Below, piece by piece: positions 13,462-28,400 of a stretch of DNA of 57,522 nucleotides. The notes under the pieces are model-generated. The model made no database searches. It was not told the DNA's origin and was given only the letters and a program-made list of their open reading frames with translations. How positions within the stretch are numbered: position 1 is the stretch's first letter; each line of letters starts with the position of its first letter. The translations under genes and the position numbers were made by a program. This stretch comes from Negaprion brevirostris (lineage: Eukaryota). Location of the stretch: the NCBI GenBank assembly GCA_030324005.1, contig JARDVH010000031.1, forward strand, positions 35,858,561 through 35,916,082, read 5' to 3'.

Positions 13462-16400
13462 GTCAGGAAACTTTAAGGTTTAATACATACTTAAAACAAA
13501 ACAAATGGCTTCCTGAGTCGATGCCAAATTCATGCCAATTAAATCTAATGGATTGTGATGCATATGTATATGACTGACCATCCAATTAAGGGTTTTTGTA
13601 ATATATGCAGTTTGTGTTTCTGGTGAATAATAATATATATTTAAAATAATTTATTCTTTCAGCTGTCCGATACGTAGTGATGTGCATTATGATGCAAAAT
13701 TCTCTGGCATGACATGTAAAATCCTCTCTGAAAGATTGGAAGCCTCTCACTAGAAGATTACAGTTACAATCATCACATATAGGCTATACTGTAGATGCAG
13801 ATAATAATAGCTTTCCATGCATTCCTCCTCTCTGCAAGTTGTGCAGTTAATCCTTATTTGCCACATAGGTAGAGGTGAGTCAAATGGCATGAGACTATGA
13901 ATAAATCAGTGCTGTCCATACATTTTAGTGAGTGTAACTGCAGACTGAGGAAGGCACAGGGAATATGAAGGCAACAAATACAAAATATTCAGTAAACACA
14001 CCATCTAAAAGGAACTGAACTCGGCTGCTTTGTTTCAAGGTCATCCACTCCCAAAGTCAAAAACAGATATCTTAAAACCAAGGCAGATTACTCCAAAAAC
14101 ACACATGCACATCAAACTCTACACTGACAACACTTTAACCGGAATGAGATTTCTGTTATTATCACCAAAAACAGGCTTTATTGGCATATTGATTACTGTA
14201 GACAGTTGTAAATGTATTCAGATTATTACGTCTTATTTGCTACAAGATTGGGCTGAATTTTCTCACTCCTGTGCTGATGGGAATGGAGGTAGAGCGGCCA
14301 GCATAATGTGGGGGAGCCACCACAGGACAGCTCATGCCACCACCGGCGACTTTCCCAGGAGTAGATTGGAAGCAGGTTACCTATCCACTGTATAGATGCA
14401 GGCTATCAATTAGACCATAGGATCATAGAATCCCACAGTGCAGAAAGAGGCCATTCAGCCCATCAGTCTGTCCCAATCATAATCCCACCCAGGGCCAATC
14501 CCTATAACCCCACACATTTACCCTGCTATGGCTCCTTTCACTAGGGTCAATTTAGCATGGCCAATCAACCTAACCCGCACACCTTTGGAGTGTGAGAGGA
14601 AACCAGAGCACCCAGAGGAAACCCATGCAGACACAGGGAGAAAGTGCAAATTTCACCCAGACAGCCAGCCAAGGCTGGAATTGAATTCAGGTCCTTGGCG
14701 TTGTGAGACAGCAGTGCTAACCACAGTGCCACCATACTAAGTCGAATTTCTGACACCTGCCATGTGGAGAATGCCCAAACTCCATGGAGGTCGACTCTCT
14801 GCAGCTGTCTTGTGGACTATTGGAAATATAGGCTCCATCCCCCCAGGAATGGGGTCATGTGAAAGGAATGAATTCCCTCCTTGACCCTAACTATCCAACT
14901 GGCAGAGTTTTCTCTCTGATCCAAGGAGAATGCTTACTTATGTTTATATCTCTGAGGGCCTCCCAGTCTCTTACCTGTCCTAACAATGCTGACCTTTTAG
15001 TCAGAGCTGCAAAGACTCCAGAGATGCTAGTCCTTTGACTGGGTTGGCAGCATTGGGAGCCTACCCATCATTCTTAAATAGGACATTGTGTGTAAAGGTA
15101 ACCAATTGAGGGAGGCCTTTGGGAAAGTAGTTCCAACAGTCGGGACTCCGAGTAAAGGTGGGCTCAGGACCCTGACTTTGGTCTGATAGCAGGGAACCTA
15201 AAATTCATGGGAAATCCTGCCCACATAGAATTGATATATCCACTAGGAATCTTAGTCTGCACTTCTTGTGGGTTTTGAAGTGTCATTCATGTCAGCCAGG
15301 GAGCAGTAAAGATTCAAATTTGTGGCTTTCAAATTTCTGGATCCACCACCTTGTGCCCACTTTTGAAGATGGTGTTGTGAAAACTCATCAAGTCCATGAG
15401 CAAGCAGCCCAGCAGACTGCCACGTCTCTTTCAATTATCCCTATGATCCAGGTGAAGGAAATCAGATATCTGGAAGTCCCAACCTTCCATATTCCCACCA
15501 ACAAAGCAGCAGACCCAGATTTTCTATCTTTCTAGAGAATCCAGAAATTATTCAGAATCTTATGTTTGACCTAACATAATATTAGGTAACAACCATAGTA
15601 AAGCAAACCCAATTCACCGTTATAGTGAGCATCGAAAACAATGCTGTTCGTGATTTCATCATCATAGCACAGAATTTGAATGCTGTAATATTTAGTGAAA
15701 TAACCTCCTGCATGATGGATATACTGGAGGAGAAATTTAGTCTAGTGCTGCAACATGGAGTACTGTCTGTTGGGGAATTGATGTAAGCCTGTGAAGCGCC
15801 ACCACTATGTGAACATATTTCTCCCCCGGTTAAGACTGTATAGAGGGGAGGAAAATTATTAAATAAATCTTCAATGTAGTGATCTGATTCTTGGCTGTAC
15901 TTTGCCTTGGCTTCCAACCAGTGAGCATGGTGCTATTGTTTCATCCAAACAGACAGCAGTTCTTACTACATGGCTGTTCTCAACAGTATCTAATTATGAA
16001 GTTGAACACCTATGATGCAATAATGATAGAAAGAAAAAACTTGCATTTGTATAACACCGTTCACATCCTCAGGGCCCAGAGTCCCAAAGAATCATTATTC
16101 TGAAGAATAGTTACTGTTGTAACTACAGTGGAGGTATACATAACATTTGGACCCAGGATTTATCTATAATGTTAAAAATGATTCACTGAGCAGACAGTTG
16201 TCAAAGTGGAAGCAAATATATTTGGACGGAGGTGGGAGAAAGCACAAGTCACAGATTAGGCACTATTAAATTGTCTTCCACATTTGTAATGATCTTTTAT
16301 AGTAACAAGTAGAAAAGATAACACTTTTTTTTACTATTTAATGAACAGAATGGACAACCGGAATATCTATTTTATATTTACTTTTGGAACAGTCTTATAG

Positions 16401-19400
16401 CTCTCTCATAACTTTGTTGTTCAGAAACAATCTGGCCTTAAACTGACCATTTTGCTATGTATCATTATGCATTGTCTATATATTTTGTCACTAGTCATTT
16501 ACAATTCTTCTTCATTCATGTTTCCCATTGCTGGCACTTAACTTTTTTTTACCTCAGACTATATATACATATTAACATTTTCCAAAAGACTTATAATTGT
16601 AAAGTCTAAATCATGGAGCTGGAAAGAGAACACTTAGGTGGGATGTTCCTACAGGGCTAATGTAGAGTTAATAGAAGTAGTTAAGGAGTTAGATGAAGTT
16701 ATGTACTAATATATGGTACAAATTTTTTTTTTTATAGCCTATGATATCTGCTTGAAGCTAAATAATACACTCATGCAAAATTGCTAATGCAAAGTCATCA
16801 AATACTAATCAGTTATTAATTATGTACAACTGAACTACTAATTGAGTCAACTATCATAGGCTTTTGCCCAATAGCAATATGCAATAAGCTACAAAATGTC
16901 AAATGCTTTGTAATGTTAATCTCTTTGAGCAAAACAATTGTCAATTGGCCAATGTTAGTTCATTGAAAATTCATATTAAAATGCTAATTATACAATATTT
17001 TAATTAAATGTTATTAAGTTTAAAGAACATTGATTAAATATATGTGCATTAATTATGAAGTAATATGAATATTAATATTTCAATACTAACTTTCAGTAGA
17101 TTTTTAATGTAAAAAAAAAGTTCTTTAATGGGCATGCCAGAGTTATTTATTCATTAAGCCTTTGTTTAAATGATTCAGACAATTAATCTTAAAAGCTTTT
17201 GAATGATGACATTTTCTTTTATATGTCTAATATTTTTGATGGTATATATATATGTGGTATGTAATTTTTTATGTTATCTCATTTCTTGATGTCATTTAAA
17301 TGTTTTCTCTTCTTTAGATCCCTGTATCTTCTCTAATGTCTTTTGTTGAAGCACTGGAGGTGGGTTACAGCAAGTATAAGAATCCTTATCATAACTTAAT
17401 CCATGCGGCGGATGTGGCCCAGACTGTGCATTACCTAATGCTCCACACTGGCATTATGGTAAGAGTATGTTAGTATAGACTTATTCTGTTTAATAGTAGT
17501 GTGTATGTCGGTTTGTGCTTGATATTTGAGGTTTTCAGGAAAAGTTTGGAACAATATGTTCTTGGAAGATTACCAAAGAATTCAATAGAAAATTTTCACA
17601 TCACTGCCTATTTTTGTTACGGCATTGAAATATAATCATTCTGAAAGTATGGCATCACAAGCAAATATACAAATATATCTTCTCATTAATCATTCATGAT
17701 TAGCTTACACACCAAAGCAATTTTCATAAATTTTAGGTTTTAACCAGAAAATGTTTTCAGATGTTCCTCCTGATCAATAGGAAGCAATCTTCAGATGTGT
17801 ATAAAACAGAATATTTAACAGCTCACTGTGGGATATCGTTTTATCCCAGAGAAGCAGATTGTTTAACAATGAGTGATTTAATAAGTTAAACAAACTTTGT
17901 GGGATTATCCTTTCATCCTAGTTAACTACTAAATAGTTTTGGATAAATCACTCATTCAAAGATATTCCTGTTTTAAAAATGTTAAACCCTATGGGCACTT
18001 AAATGAATAATGTTTATATGAAAACAGTTTGCTGCTTTTTTCACAGTATCTCAATGCCCTATCTTGAAGTATTGTATTACAGTACCAATTACAAATGTGC
18101 ATGTTCATTTTGAGAATATATTGCTTCAACTCTCTCCTTCACTGGTGAACTGCTTACTGTTGTGTATTTGGAGGCATGATACTCATAGAACATAGAACAT
18201 AGAACATTACAGCGCAGAACAGGCCCTTCGGCCCACGATGTTGCGCCGACNNNNNNNNNNNNNNNNNNNNNNNNNNNNNNNNNNNNNNNNNNNNNNNNNN
18301 NNNNNNNNNNNNNNNNNNNNNNNNNNNNNNNNNNNNNNNNNNNNNNNNNNAAATGAACAGAACTTTATTTGTGGTGTGTGTTCACTCTCATGTCTGCACT
18401 GTTTCCCATTCTGCATCTCATTACATTGACCACACACATGTGCGTGAACATATACAAACTCGCAAGAATACTTCCTTGCATACGTTACTACAGCAGGGCT
18501 TTACAAAGGACAAATGTCAAAAGACAAATACCCTTTCCTCCACCTTAATTTGAATGTCCCCAAAGCAAGTTCAACATCAGCAATAGTCAATGATTTAGTC
18601 ATGACTACAAATTCAGATGGTATGGAGGCTGTTGCTGTCGGAACAGTTGATGGTGAATGTCTGGCGTTCATCTCTTCACATTGGCATCAGTAGTAACTAG
18701 TTTAACTAACGTTGGCCTAGGAACTAGAGGTTATCTCTGTGCCTGAACAGAAAGTGAACTGCTGACTTTCTCAACTAGTGTCTAGTTATGTAAAGGGTTG
18801 CAGCGAAGTCCTGACTTGATAAATCTGAAGCTGAATTCTTAATAGACTCCAATTATAGCTGAGATATTTTGGTCTGCATGTCTCCTCCAAATAATGTCAT
18901 CTGAGGTCTGGACAGTGGAAGGAACAGGTTCAGTTTGCACTGTGGCATCACACGCACCCTTCGAGGATGTCCTGATGGTGATCATAAATAATCATTCAGA
19001 GTATAAAACCTTCCTAATTTACAAAAGCCCCCTGGCATTTCTGTGGTGCCTTGCACAGTTGGTGGCCCTCTGAATTAGGAAAGCCTGCCTTAGCCCTGAA
19101 GCTGTCACTCACTCAGCCTGGCTCTCGCCAGTACTGAAACAAATGAAAGTTTCTACTTCCCTAATGGGTGGAATTCTCCCATGTCTCCAACGGCAGACCA
19201 ATGGGTAGAATTTGGTGGGAGGCCCAAACGTTTTTTTATGCTAGCATGAAATGACAGCAGGTTCTTCCGAAGTTGCCTGCCATGAGAGATTGGGGATCCT
19301 GCTGGAGACTGGGATCAACCCAACTTGCATCCCGCCAATGGACTGCAAATAAAGGCCTGACCAGAATCTTCCCCATCCCCCCCCACAACCAATTCTCCAT

Positions 19401-22400
19401 GACTTCTGGACCAATGTGGCAAAAGAAGGTCTAGGGCTGCCTCCAGAGTTTGGGATAGAGGCTACCAGTAACTTGAGATCCTGGAACACCAAGTCCTGGG
19501 GGACAATCTATCAAGTGGATCTCCCACTTTCAGTGTCTTCAAGAGGGACCATTTGCCAGCCTCAGAATGTTTCCAGAGATCCATCTTTCTTCAATGATGG
19601 GTCAGTGATGTCACGGATCTTTTAAATAGAACACCCAGATATGACAGTGGGACACGTGCTGTAAACCTGCCCCACCACAGAAGAAGGTGCAACACATGAG
19701 TGCATAATGAATAATGCCGGGGATAGAAGACATGGCGTAGTTTCCAGTCAGTCCCCTCAGCAGGAGATACTCTCTATCCCCGTCCCAGGCATGAGACTTA
19801 TCCCTGGATGGAAAAATCCTGCCCAATATGTCTGCTATAGCTTTAATATGATGGTAGCTTGCCAATTGCAAAATGTCACACAGACCACGTACAGATGCCT
19901 GAAATGACGCATAAAAGTAAAGGGCCATCATTATCTTCAGCACTACAGGCATTGGATGGCCAACCATGCAGTTGGACCTGACCCTCACACAATCATGTCA
20001 TATTTAGGTGTCATCACCTCCTTGGATAGAGGGAGGCAATTGTTCGCTGATGTTCATTCATCTGAAGGTAGTACATTGACTGTAAACTTTCTTCTCGGCT
20101 TAGTGTCTTCCCTTGGTGCATGCTTACCCATACTCTCTTTGCTGGCCGTCGGGGATTTCAGTGTTATCAGATGGCTCATGCTGCTGGTGAGTTGGTTGTT
20201 GGTGCCCTGATCAGTGGCTCTCCCTCTCCCACCTTGTCCTTCTTCAATGAATTGAACTATTCCAATGGCTGCTCGTGCTGCAGATCACCCTGAAATTGCC
20301 TCTCCTGAGTTCAAGCCCTTTTTACAAGTGCATTCCTCAAAGATAACCCCTTTACTTCCTCAGGAATAAAATCGACCACTAGTTCGACACTGGACAACTT
20401 CACTGTCCTCTCCTTTAAGACTCAGCTGCAGCCTCTTATCTTCTCTTGCACTTGCTTTTATCCCACCCTGCAACCCTTTGAGGCTCTCTGTAACAATTCC
20501 TGAGATGAACATTAAATTGCATGGGCTGCAATAAACTTCAGTCAATTCACTTGGATACTAAGAAGAAGATCAGATGTATTGAATCACATTCTCCTTTAAA
20601 TAATTTGGGAATTCTTTCAAAATTAACTTAGGCCCATTATCAGTAACAAGTTGCTCATGATAACTGAATCTGCTGAAAATTTCACCCAATCTTTCAATTG
20701 TTCTCTCTCTTCATAATGGCAACTTCAGGCCATTTTGAGTGCCTGTCGAATAGAATGAGAAGCATATATCCTTTGAATGATCCAATATAATCTATATATA
20801 CTCTTTGCTAGGCTTCTTCTGGATATTCCCTTGAGTGTAATGGAGCTAATGATTTGATTTAATTTATTATTGTCCTATGTATTATTATACAGTGAAAAGT
20901 ATTGTTTCTTGTATGCTATATAGGCAAAGCACACCCTATATTAGAGAAGGAAAGGAGAAGGTGCAGAATGTCATGTTACAGTCATAGCCAGGGTGTTGAA
21001 AAAGATCATCTTAATGTGATGTAGTTATATTTAAAAGTCTGAAGGCAGCAGAGAAGAAGCTGTTCTTGAGTCGGTTGGTATGTGATCTCAGACTTTTCTG
21101 CCTTTTTCCTGACAATAGAAGGTAAAAGAGAGTATGTCTGGGGTGTGTGGGGTCCTAGATTATGATGGATGCTTTCTGAGGCAGTAGGAAGTGTAGATAG
21201 AGTCATTGAATGGGAGGCTGGTTTGTGTGATGGACTGGGCTTCATTCCTGATCCTTTGTACTTTCTTGCAGTCTTGCAGTTTAATACATGTTTCCTTAAT
21301 AATGGTGGAATGACTGTCTCATTCCCCTGAGGAAACAACCTGCCTGTACAGATAGCTCAAGCCTTTGGGTGGAATACAGCTTTAACTCAGCATTTGCTTT
21401 CGACGTCTTGCCATGAAGCATCATGCCCATGGCCTCTGTCAGTATTGGGTCATTTCTGGTATGGTTCTTAACTTGTTCTGTGGTTACAGGAGGTTAATCT
21501 ATTTGTTCAAAGTAAAAAATGTTTCCACATGAACAGTTTATTGATGAATTGTCGGGTAAGGGTAATCAGGAGAGTTGATCAGCATTCCCATGCAGGTTTA
21601 ACTGATGGTAATTTACTGTGTATGTATATGCTGACAATGGCAATGCCCACCTCTGCATCATTGTCACTGCCAGTGACAGAATCTCAGTATGAGGCCCAAA
21701 TATCATTGTCAGATGAAAATGATCTGCCAATAAAGTAAATTGTCTCCCATACAGGAATTAATAAAATGAAAATGATTCTTCAGGCTTCTTTATCTGTGCA
21801 AAATTGGTTTCTGCTTTATTCAAAGGCTTTAATGCAAAAGCTGTCAGCTGCTTGTCCCCTTTGGGCATTTTGTGGGAAACCATTGTCCCCAGCCGATAAG
21901 GTTGTGGGTCACATGCCAGTTATAAGAGTAACTTCGGATCAAAGTGTGTCAGGACTTTTGACTTTAGCAATGCCTTGTTTCCTTGCCCTGAGCCAACCAA
22001 TTCCAATTTCTGTTTTGACACAATAAAGTGTGTAACAGTTTAAGAATGGTAGCCAGATTAGGGACAAACCTTCCTTAATAGTTTAGTAAGCCCAAAAATA
22101 ATCAAAGTTGATTGACATTGTAATATACCCAGTAATGGTTTGTTGCACCAACAGTAGCCAGAAATGGCTTTGACTTTCGAAGGCGATTTGTGAAGTCACT
22201 TTACATTTATGATGTGATCCAGACATTCACATTGGAAAAATTTATATTTGTTGTCCCGGTCTCTCAATCCATAATCTTCTAATCTCAGGAATGTGACATA
22301 GAGGTTACGGAGATGTTCTCCCTCATTATTCCCATTAGCTAAGATATAATCTAAATAAAACTGAATTCCTTCTAATCCACTTAAAATTTGATCCATCACT

Positions 22401-25400
22401 GGTGTGGATGTGATGTTGAAAGATAGTCTTTCACATTAGAATAACCCTTTGTGTGTTATGATTGTCAAATACTATTGTGAATTTGGATCCATGTTCATCT
22501 GAAAATATTCTATGACTGAGATCAATTTTGCTGAAGTAAAATCAATCAAAGACAGAGGCTACTGAAACACAGTACAGGATTGATGGTGACTTTAAAGTCA
22601 GCACACGCATGTGTACTGATCCATCCTGCTTCATCACCGGTACAATCGGCGTGGCCCAATTACTCACATTAACTGGTTTGAGGACTGCCGTTTTGACCAG
22701 CCTCTCTAATTTTGCCTCCATCTTCAGTCTGATTACATATAGCAGTGACCTAGCCTTTAAGCGTCTTACCTGACTTTCATTCTTAAACTTGACTTTCATT
22801 CTTAAACTTTAATTTAACTGACATATTCATTATGCTTCCCTGCTCACTATTAAAGACAATGGTATGTTTCTTCAAGATCTTCAGTAGACCTACTTTGGAC
22901 TCCATCATGAGATATGCCTTAGAAAACACTAGATATAACATGAATACACAACATGAATACACAACATTAATTGCCACAAGTATTCAATAATTGACCTTAA
23001 GTGAGACCTGGGTTGGTTTCCAACTTTGGGGTCTGTTCCCCTTCTGTAATCTTGGAATTGGGAGCCGACCTGACATCACCAGACCCAATTTAACTTTTGA
23101 ACAAGATGACAGCCGTCCACCTCCCACTGGAAAATTCTGCTCTAATAGTTCATTGGAAGAAACTTTCTTTTCACCTAATTACCTCAAATGAATCATTTGC
23201 TCCATTTTAGATACTTTGCTCCATGATGAATCAGGCTGTTTTTATGCAATTACGTGATATAGTGATCTATAATATCAGCCAGCTTTTTTTTAGTTTTATT
23301 TTCTGTCCAATACCTGCTCAAGCCCCAGTAATTTTGAATTTTATTAGCTTTCTCTCTATAAATGCTTCCCAATGTTACTTTCATCTCAGCTTTTGTTCTT
23401 CCAGCTCCTTGGATTTTACAGTTTTTTTTAGTTATTTTGTCATAAATAGCTAACAACCTCAGGTCAAACCCAAAGAAAAACAATATTCCTCTGAAACAGT
23501 CTTCCAAGGTCAGATGGTGTTTTATTTATCAGGATTATCTTGTAACAAATAACTCAGATTTTCTAGAATGAAGTATTAAGTTCCTATGATGAGGTATACA
23601 GACATCCTTTCCATTTCTCAAAGATCTCAAATTCAAGCAAAATTTTAAAAATCTGTTCAAAATTAGAAATATGTAAATAATGAATTACTAAGTTATACAT
23701 ACTGAGGCTTTTCAAGGTCAACAGTGCAGTTTGAATCCAGTGTCATCAGGAGCTGGGGATAAGTAATCTGCTTTCATCAGATAAAGTAAAGTCAGACTAT
23801 TTGCACAATCTCTGGAGCTTCTTTTATGTCTCTTGTGCCAATCATGGAAAATCGAGGCAGTCAGTTTTGCTACAGTATGTTCTCTATTGATGGGGACTTT
23901 GAGGTGCTGGGCAGTGAGAGGCAAGGGCAGGAAGTGCCAATTTTTTATTTTTAGAAGTTATGGTGCCTTCCTGTTCAGCACTTATTCCAATGAGCCCTCT
24001 GGAGTCAAGGTACTGCTCAGGCATCACCATGGCATTATGGAGTAGGCACCTCATTTAAAGAGAAGTCTGGTTGGGTTTATTGAGCAGCTTGTGCACTAGC
24101 TCCCAGGCTGAACTGTGCTTGTTGCCTGCACTAAGAGATGGTAAGTATCTCAGATGTCTTTCAAGCCACCGATTCTGAGTTTCCAGAGATAACCTTGCCC
24201 CACCTTCTCATCTGAACTGAGTAAATCAGAAATATTATTTTCAACTGTTTCCCGAATTGCCATTTTTCTGTTACAGCACTGGTTTACAGAACTGGAAATT
24301 CTAGCCATGCTTTTCGCAGCTGCCATTCATGACTATGAGCATACAGGAACCACGAATAACTTCCACATTCAAACCAGGTAGGAAGCAACATTGCAAAGTG
24401 TAAGGAATAAAACTTCCAGATGAATTTCTTAACAGTGTGTGCCATCATTCAGCAATAAAATTCTCTTTAAAGTGGAGACCTTGGGAATAAATAGGGTTTA
24501 ACTTTTTATATTGCTTAATTGTGTTACACCAGATCAGGAGATTGAAACTCTGTCTCAATTAGACAATAGTATTAACTGGGCAAAATCTCATCGATTGCAA
24601 TTTATCCACCTGTCTGATATTCAGTTCTATTGAAGGAAATGGAAATGAATACTGGGTGGGGGATGACCAATTCAATACTGTCCCTCTACATTATCACCCA
24701 AAACTAAGTTCTACCATAAATTCGTCAATACATAATAAACACTTCATAATATGTAAGGAAATGTTACATTCCTAAGTCTTTTTCAATTAAAAACTGTGAC
24801 TGTTTTTTACCATCATTTTACTAATTTTCTTGACATTATTTTTACAATTTGATGATATCTTGCTTCATTTTGCCATGTAAAGAAAATATGCTGCCAGAAT
24901 CTTACTGGCCTGTGCCCCATGGGAATTGGAGTGGGTGAGGACTGGAGCATGTGAAGGTCCATTGACCTATGACTTCAGGAGGAGCAACGACATAAAACCT
25001 CGCCCGCTGTGTATTTCTGCAGAAGTTCAAAATTTCTTGACATTGCCAATGACTTGCTATATAAAGGAATTGCATGTGTAAAACAAGTGAGTTTTTCCAA
25101 AAACAATTTCCTGCACCAAAGTTTCCTTGCCCCTCCCCACAGTGAGATATCACAGCCTTGCCAAACTAAACAGTAGCTCGCTGTGTCCACCATGAGGGAG
25201 ACATGCCACGGTGGGGCCATGAGATCCACGCCATCCAGTTTCTGTACCTTAAAGCCCGACTCCAGCATGGCACCTAACAGGACGGTGACAGGGAAATTGG
25301 CAGACCAGCCTAATTTTCTTTATTCATTCATAGGATTTTGGTGTCNNNNNNNNNNCAGCCAGCATTTGTTGCCCTTCCCCAACTGCCTTGAAAAGGTGGA

Positions 25401-28400
25401 GGTGAGCTATCTTCTTGAACCTCTGCAGTCTTTGTGTTATAGGTACACCTACAGTGCTGTTAGGAAGGAAATTCATGGCTTTGATATAATGGGTGCTTCT
25501 CTCCCAAAAGTGCTGACTGAATTTGTGGGAAAACTGTTCTAAGTCCCGACTGCTTTGTCAGTTCAGCTTCTCATCTGAATCTCTGCACTCTGTGCACTGC
25601 AGAGGTTCCAGGCATGAATATTCTTAAAAACCCAGAGGGCGGGGCCTATTCGTGTCGGAATTTGACAGTTCTGGAACTCTGCACATGCGCAGTGGCCCCA
25701 ATCTGTCGGTCTCCCATTTGCTGGCCGGCTCAATCGCTGGCCAGCCTGGAACCACCACAGTGCTGTCCACCCAGCCTCCACCACGGCCTGATTGCAGCCC
25801 CCACCATAATTCCCGGGCCAGCTCTGATTCCCCTCCCCCAGCCATCCCCCCCATACACCCCCACCCCATCCTGGAATGCCCCGATGTGCAACTCACCTCA
25901 GTAGGGGNNNNNNNNNNNNNNNNNNNNNNNNNNNNNNNNNNNNNNNNNNNNNNNNNNNNNNNNNNNNNNNNNNNNNNNNNNNNNNNNNNCCGCACCCCCC
26001 CCCCACAACCGGGAGACAGGCCTCCCCGGCAGACCACAACCTCCCCCCAACCCGCCCCAAACACTGCCCTTCCTCCATCCCAGACCGATCCTGTCTGTAG
26101 AGTGGCAGCCCACCCTCCCCCCAATTGTCCCTAAGCCTTGCCCACAGTAGGCCCCAATTGTCTCCCTTCATTCCGGTGAGATCTCACACAAGTTCCCTGA
26201 ATATGGGGAGCTAGTCTGAATCCTGCCAGAATGAAGTACTTCTGGCGGGGTGGGAGATTCAATCGGGACCTGAAAGTTCCCGATAATGAACTGCTAAGCC
26301 TATTTAAAACATATTAAAAAAAGATTTAAATGACTTACCTGCCTTCCTGCCGGTTTCCAGCGTGGTCTGACTGGTGACTGTTCGCCGGCTCTGGGAGATG
26401 TGCATGCATTTCCGACACATGCACAAAACCTGGAACAAGGCCGGTGACGTGCATTTCCCACCATGACCCAACAGAAAAGCTGCGGGTCGCGATGGGAGCA
26501 TCGTGGCCATAGTTTCAATTCAGGATGGTGAGTAACTTGAAAGAAACTTGCAGGTGGTAGTGTTCCCATGCATCCGCTGATCATATCCTTGCCATTTCCC
26601 ATTCCTAGTGAGCTACTGGTGAAGTCACACCAGATGAAGCCAGCAACGTCCCTTTCTATCACTGTGTGCAATTTTGCCAAGTGGATCTCAAAGAGGTGTT
26701 AAGTTTCCTATTTATGCATGCAAAGGGACATGCAGGTTCTAAGTTTTTGCCAACATGGAGGTGCATGTTATCATTGAATGAATATAAGCTCATTACCCAC
26801 AATATTGGACCCTTTGGTGACAGCTGTACACCAAAAAGTAGCTGGCTCCAAACCCAATAATGTAATCACAATATTATCATACACATATTACTTTTATTTT
26901 GTTAGAATCTTGTCTGCTTGTTAGATGAATAAATATACACGTAATCAGAAACGTAACATTGTTCAATCTTTGGTTTCCAAGGTTAATATCAAGCATTCAG
27001 TCCTCATCTGCAGCGTGGTTCTTTTTATTGGAAGTCCACAAACACTAACTCACTCTGTTGCATCAAAATTAAATTTCTGCTGCCTGACACCAGCCACTCT
27101 TATAGTGTCTCTCAACAAGACTCTGGAAGCCTCAAAGCTGAGTCACTCTGGATGTGCAGAAATGTAAAGTCAACATGGTTATGGAAAGGAAAATCATGTT
27201 TGATAAATGTATTAGTGTTTTATAAGGATGTAACCAGTAAGCAGTTTGCCATTGTTACAAAAGGGCTCATTGGTTTTGAACAGAGTTCATACTGGGTGAA
27301 TAGACATAAAAGTGCCACAGCTTGAATAGTGCCGTTGCATAGACGAGANNNNNNNNNNNNNNNNNNNNNNNNNNNNNNNNNNNNNNNNNNNNNNNNNNNN
27401 NNNNNNNNNNNNNNNNNNNNNNNNNNNNNNNNNNNNNNNNNNNNNNNNTGTGATGTTCATGTGATTGACTCTGATCCCTTGAGTGGCTGAATGAACGCAG
27501 TAATGTTCCCACAGCAGCTGTGACATGAAATGGTCCACTTTTTTGTTGGTTATTTACCAGAATTGACACTTTGGTTTTATTTTGTTATTTTACTCCGTGG
27601 TGAAAAAAACCTATTCAACTGACTGCCAACCAAACCTAAAGTGGTCAGTGTAGACCTTCTAGAGAAATTGAATTTAAGTGAAATATTCATATTGAAACAG
27701 TATTACAACTTGAATAGAATAATGATATCTAGGTCCTTACTTATATAAACTTCCTATTTTGAGGATTATTATCTACAGAGATTGAAGTAACCATTATAAA
27801 GCATCACTCCATACTGTCTGAGTCTGCTTTGCAAGAGCACAAAAATGGAAACTGAAATTCATTTCAAATCACTGGAAAATTCGAATAGTAACTAATTGAG
27901 AATATTGATTCTTTCATCTGTACTATTGGTGAGCAGAGAGGGGACATAGAATCCCTACAGTGCAGAATGAGGCCATTTGGCCCATTGAGCCTGTACCGAC
28001 AACAATTCCACCCAGGCTCTATCCTCGTAACCCCATGAATTTACATGGCTAATCCCCCTAACACTCTTGGGCAATTTATCATGGTCAATCAACCTAATTC
28101 ATACATATTTGGAGTGTGGGAGGAAACTGGAACACCTGGAGGAAACCCAGTCAGACACGGGAAGAATGTGCAAACTCCACACATTTCAGTGATCCAAGCC
28201 GGGAATTGAACTCAGGTCCCTGGCCCTGTGAGGCAGCAGTGCTAACCACTGTGCCACCGTGTCATCCGAACTGTCTTAAATTGATCCCATTTGCTCACAA
28301 AACAATGAATTCCCAGTTCTGCATTATGCAGAGGTCCTGGGTCAATATAACACTCCATGCCTCTCTTTCATTGGGTTTGCAATGAAATTACAATAAATAA

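Larger units (their letters stand above)
18351..22980 (-). mobile_element. Degraded Gypsy LTR retrotransposon (RT, RNase H, integrase, PPT, 3' LTR) with nested insertions
   Basis: WATPIVPVMKQDGSV; MDQILSGLEGIQFYLDYIL; LVTDNGP (integrase); TVQTSDDIIWRRHADQ; PPT AAGGTGGAGGAAAGGG at 18546-18531, then an LTR-like stretch with AATAAA. Confidence 0.85.

Noticed and set aside
14423-14735. tRNA-like A/B boxes in SINE heads
   Set aside because: tRNA-derived SINE heads, not tRNA genes; no full cloverleaf.
15582-16050. Minus-strand 111-aa ORF with an upstream acceptor-like tract, considered as a further CARD-gene exon
   Set aside because: All three frames stop soon after the acceptor. The motifs fit a decayed L1 and the pyrimidine tract belongs to an adjacent repeat.
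22771-22965. Short tandem duplications (tgactttcattcttaaact x2; aacatgaatacac x2)
   Set aside because: Ordinary slippage duplications within a dead retroelement; no spacers, so not CRISPR-like.
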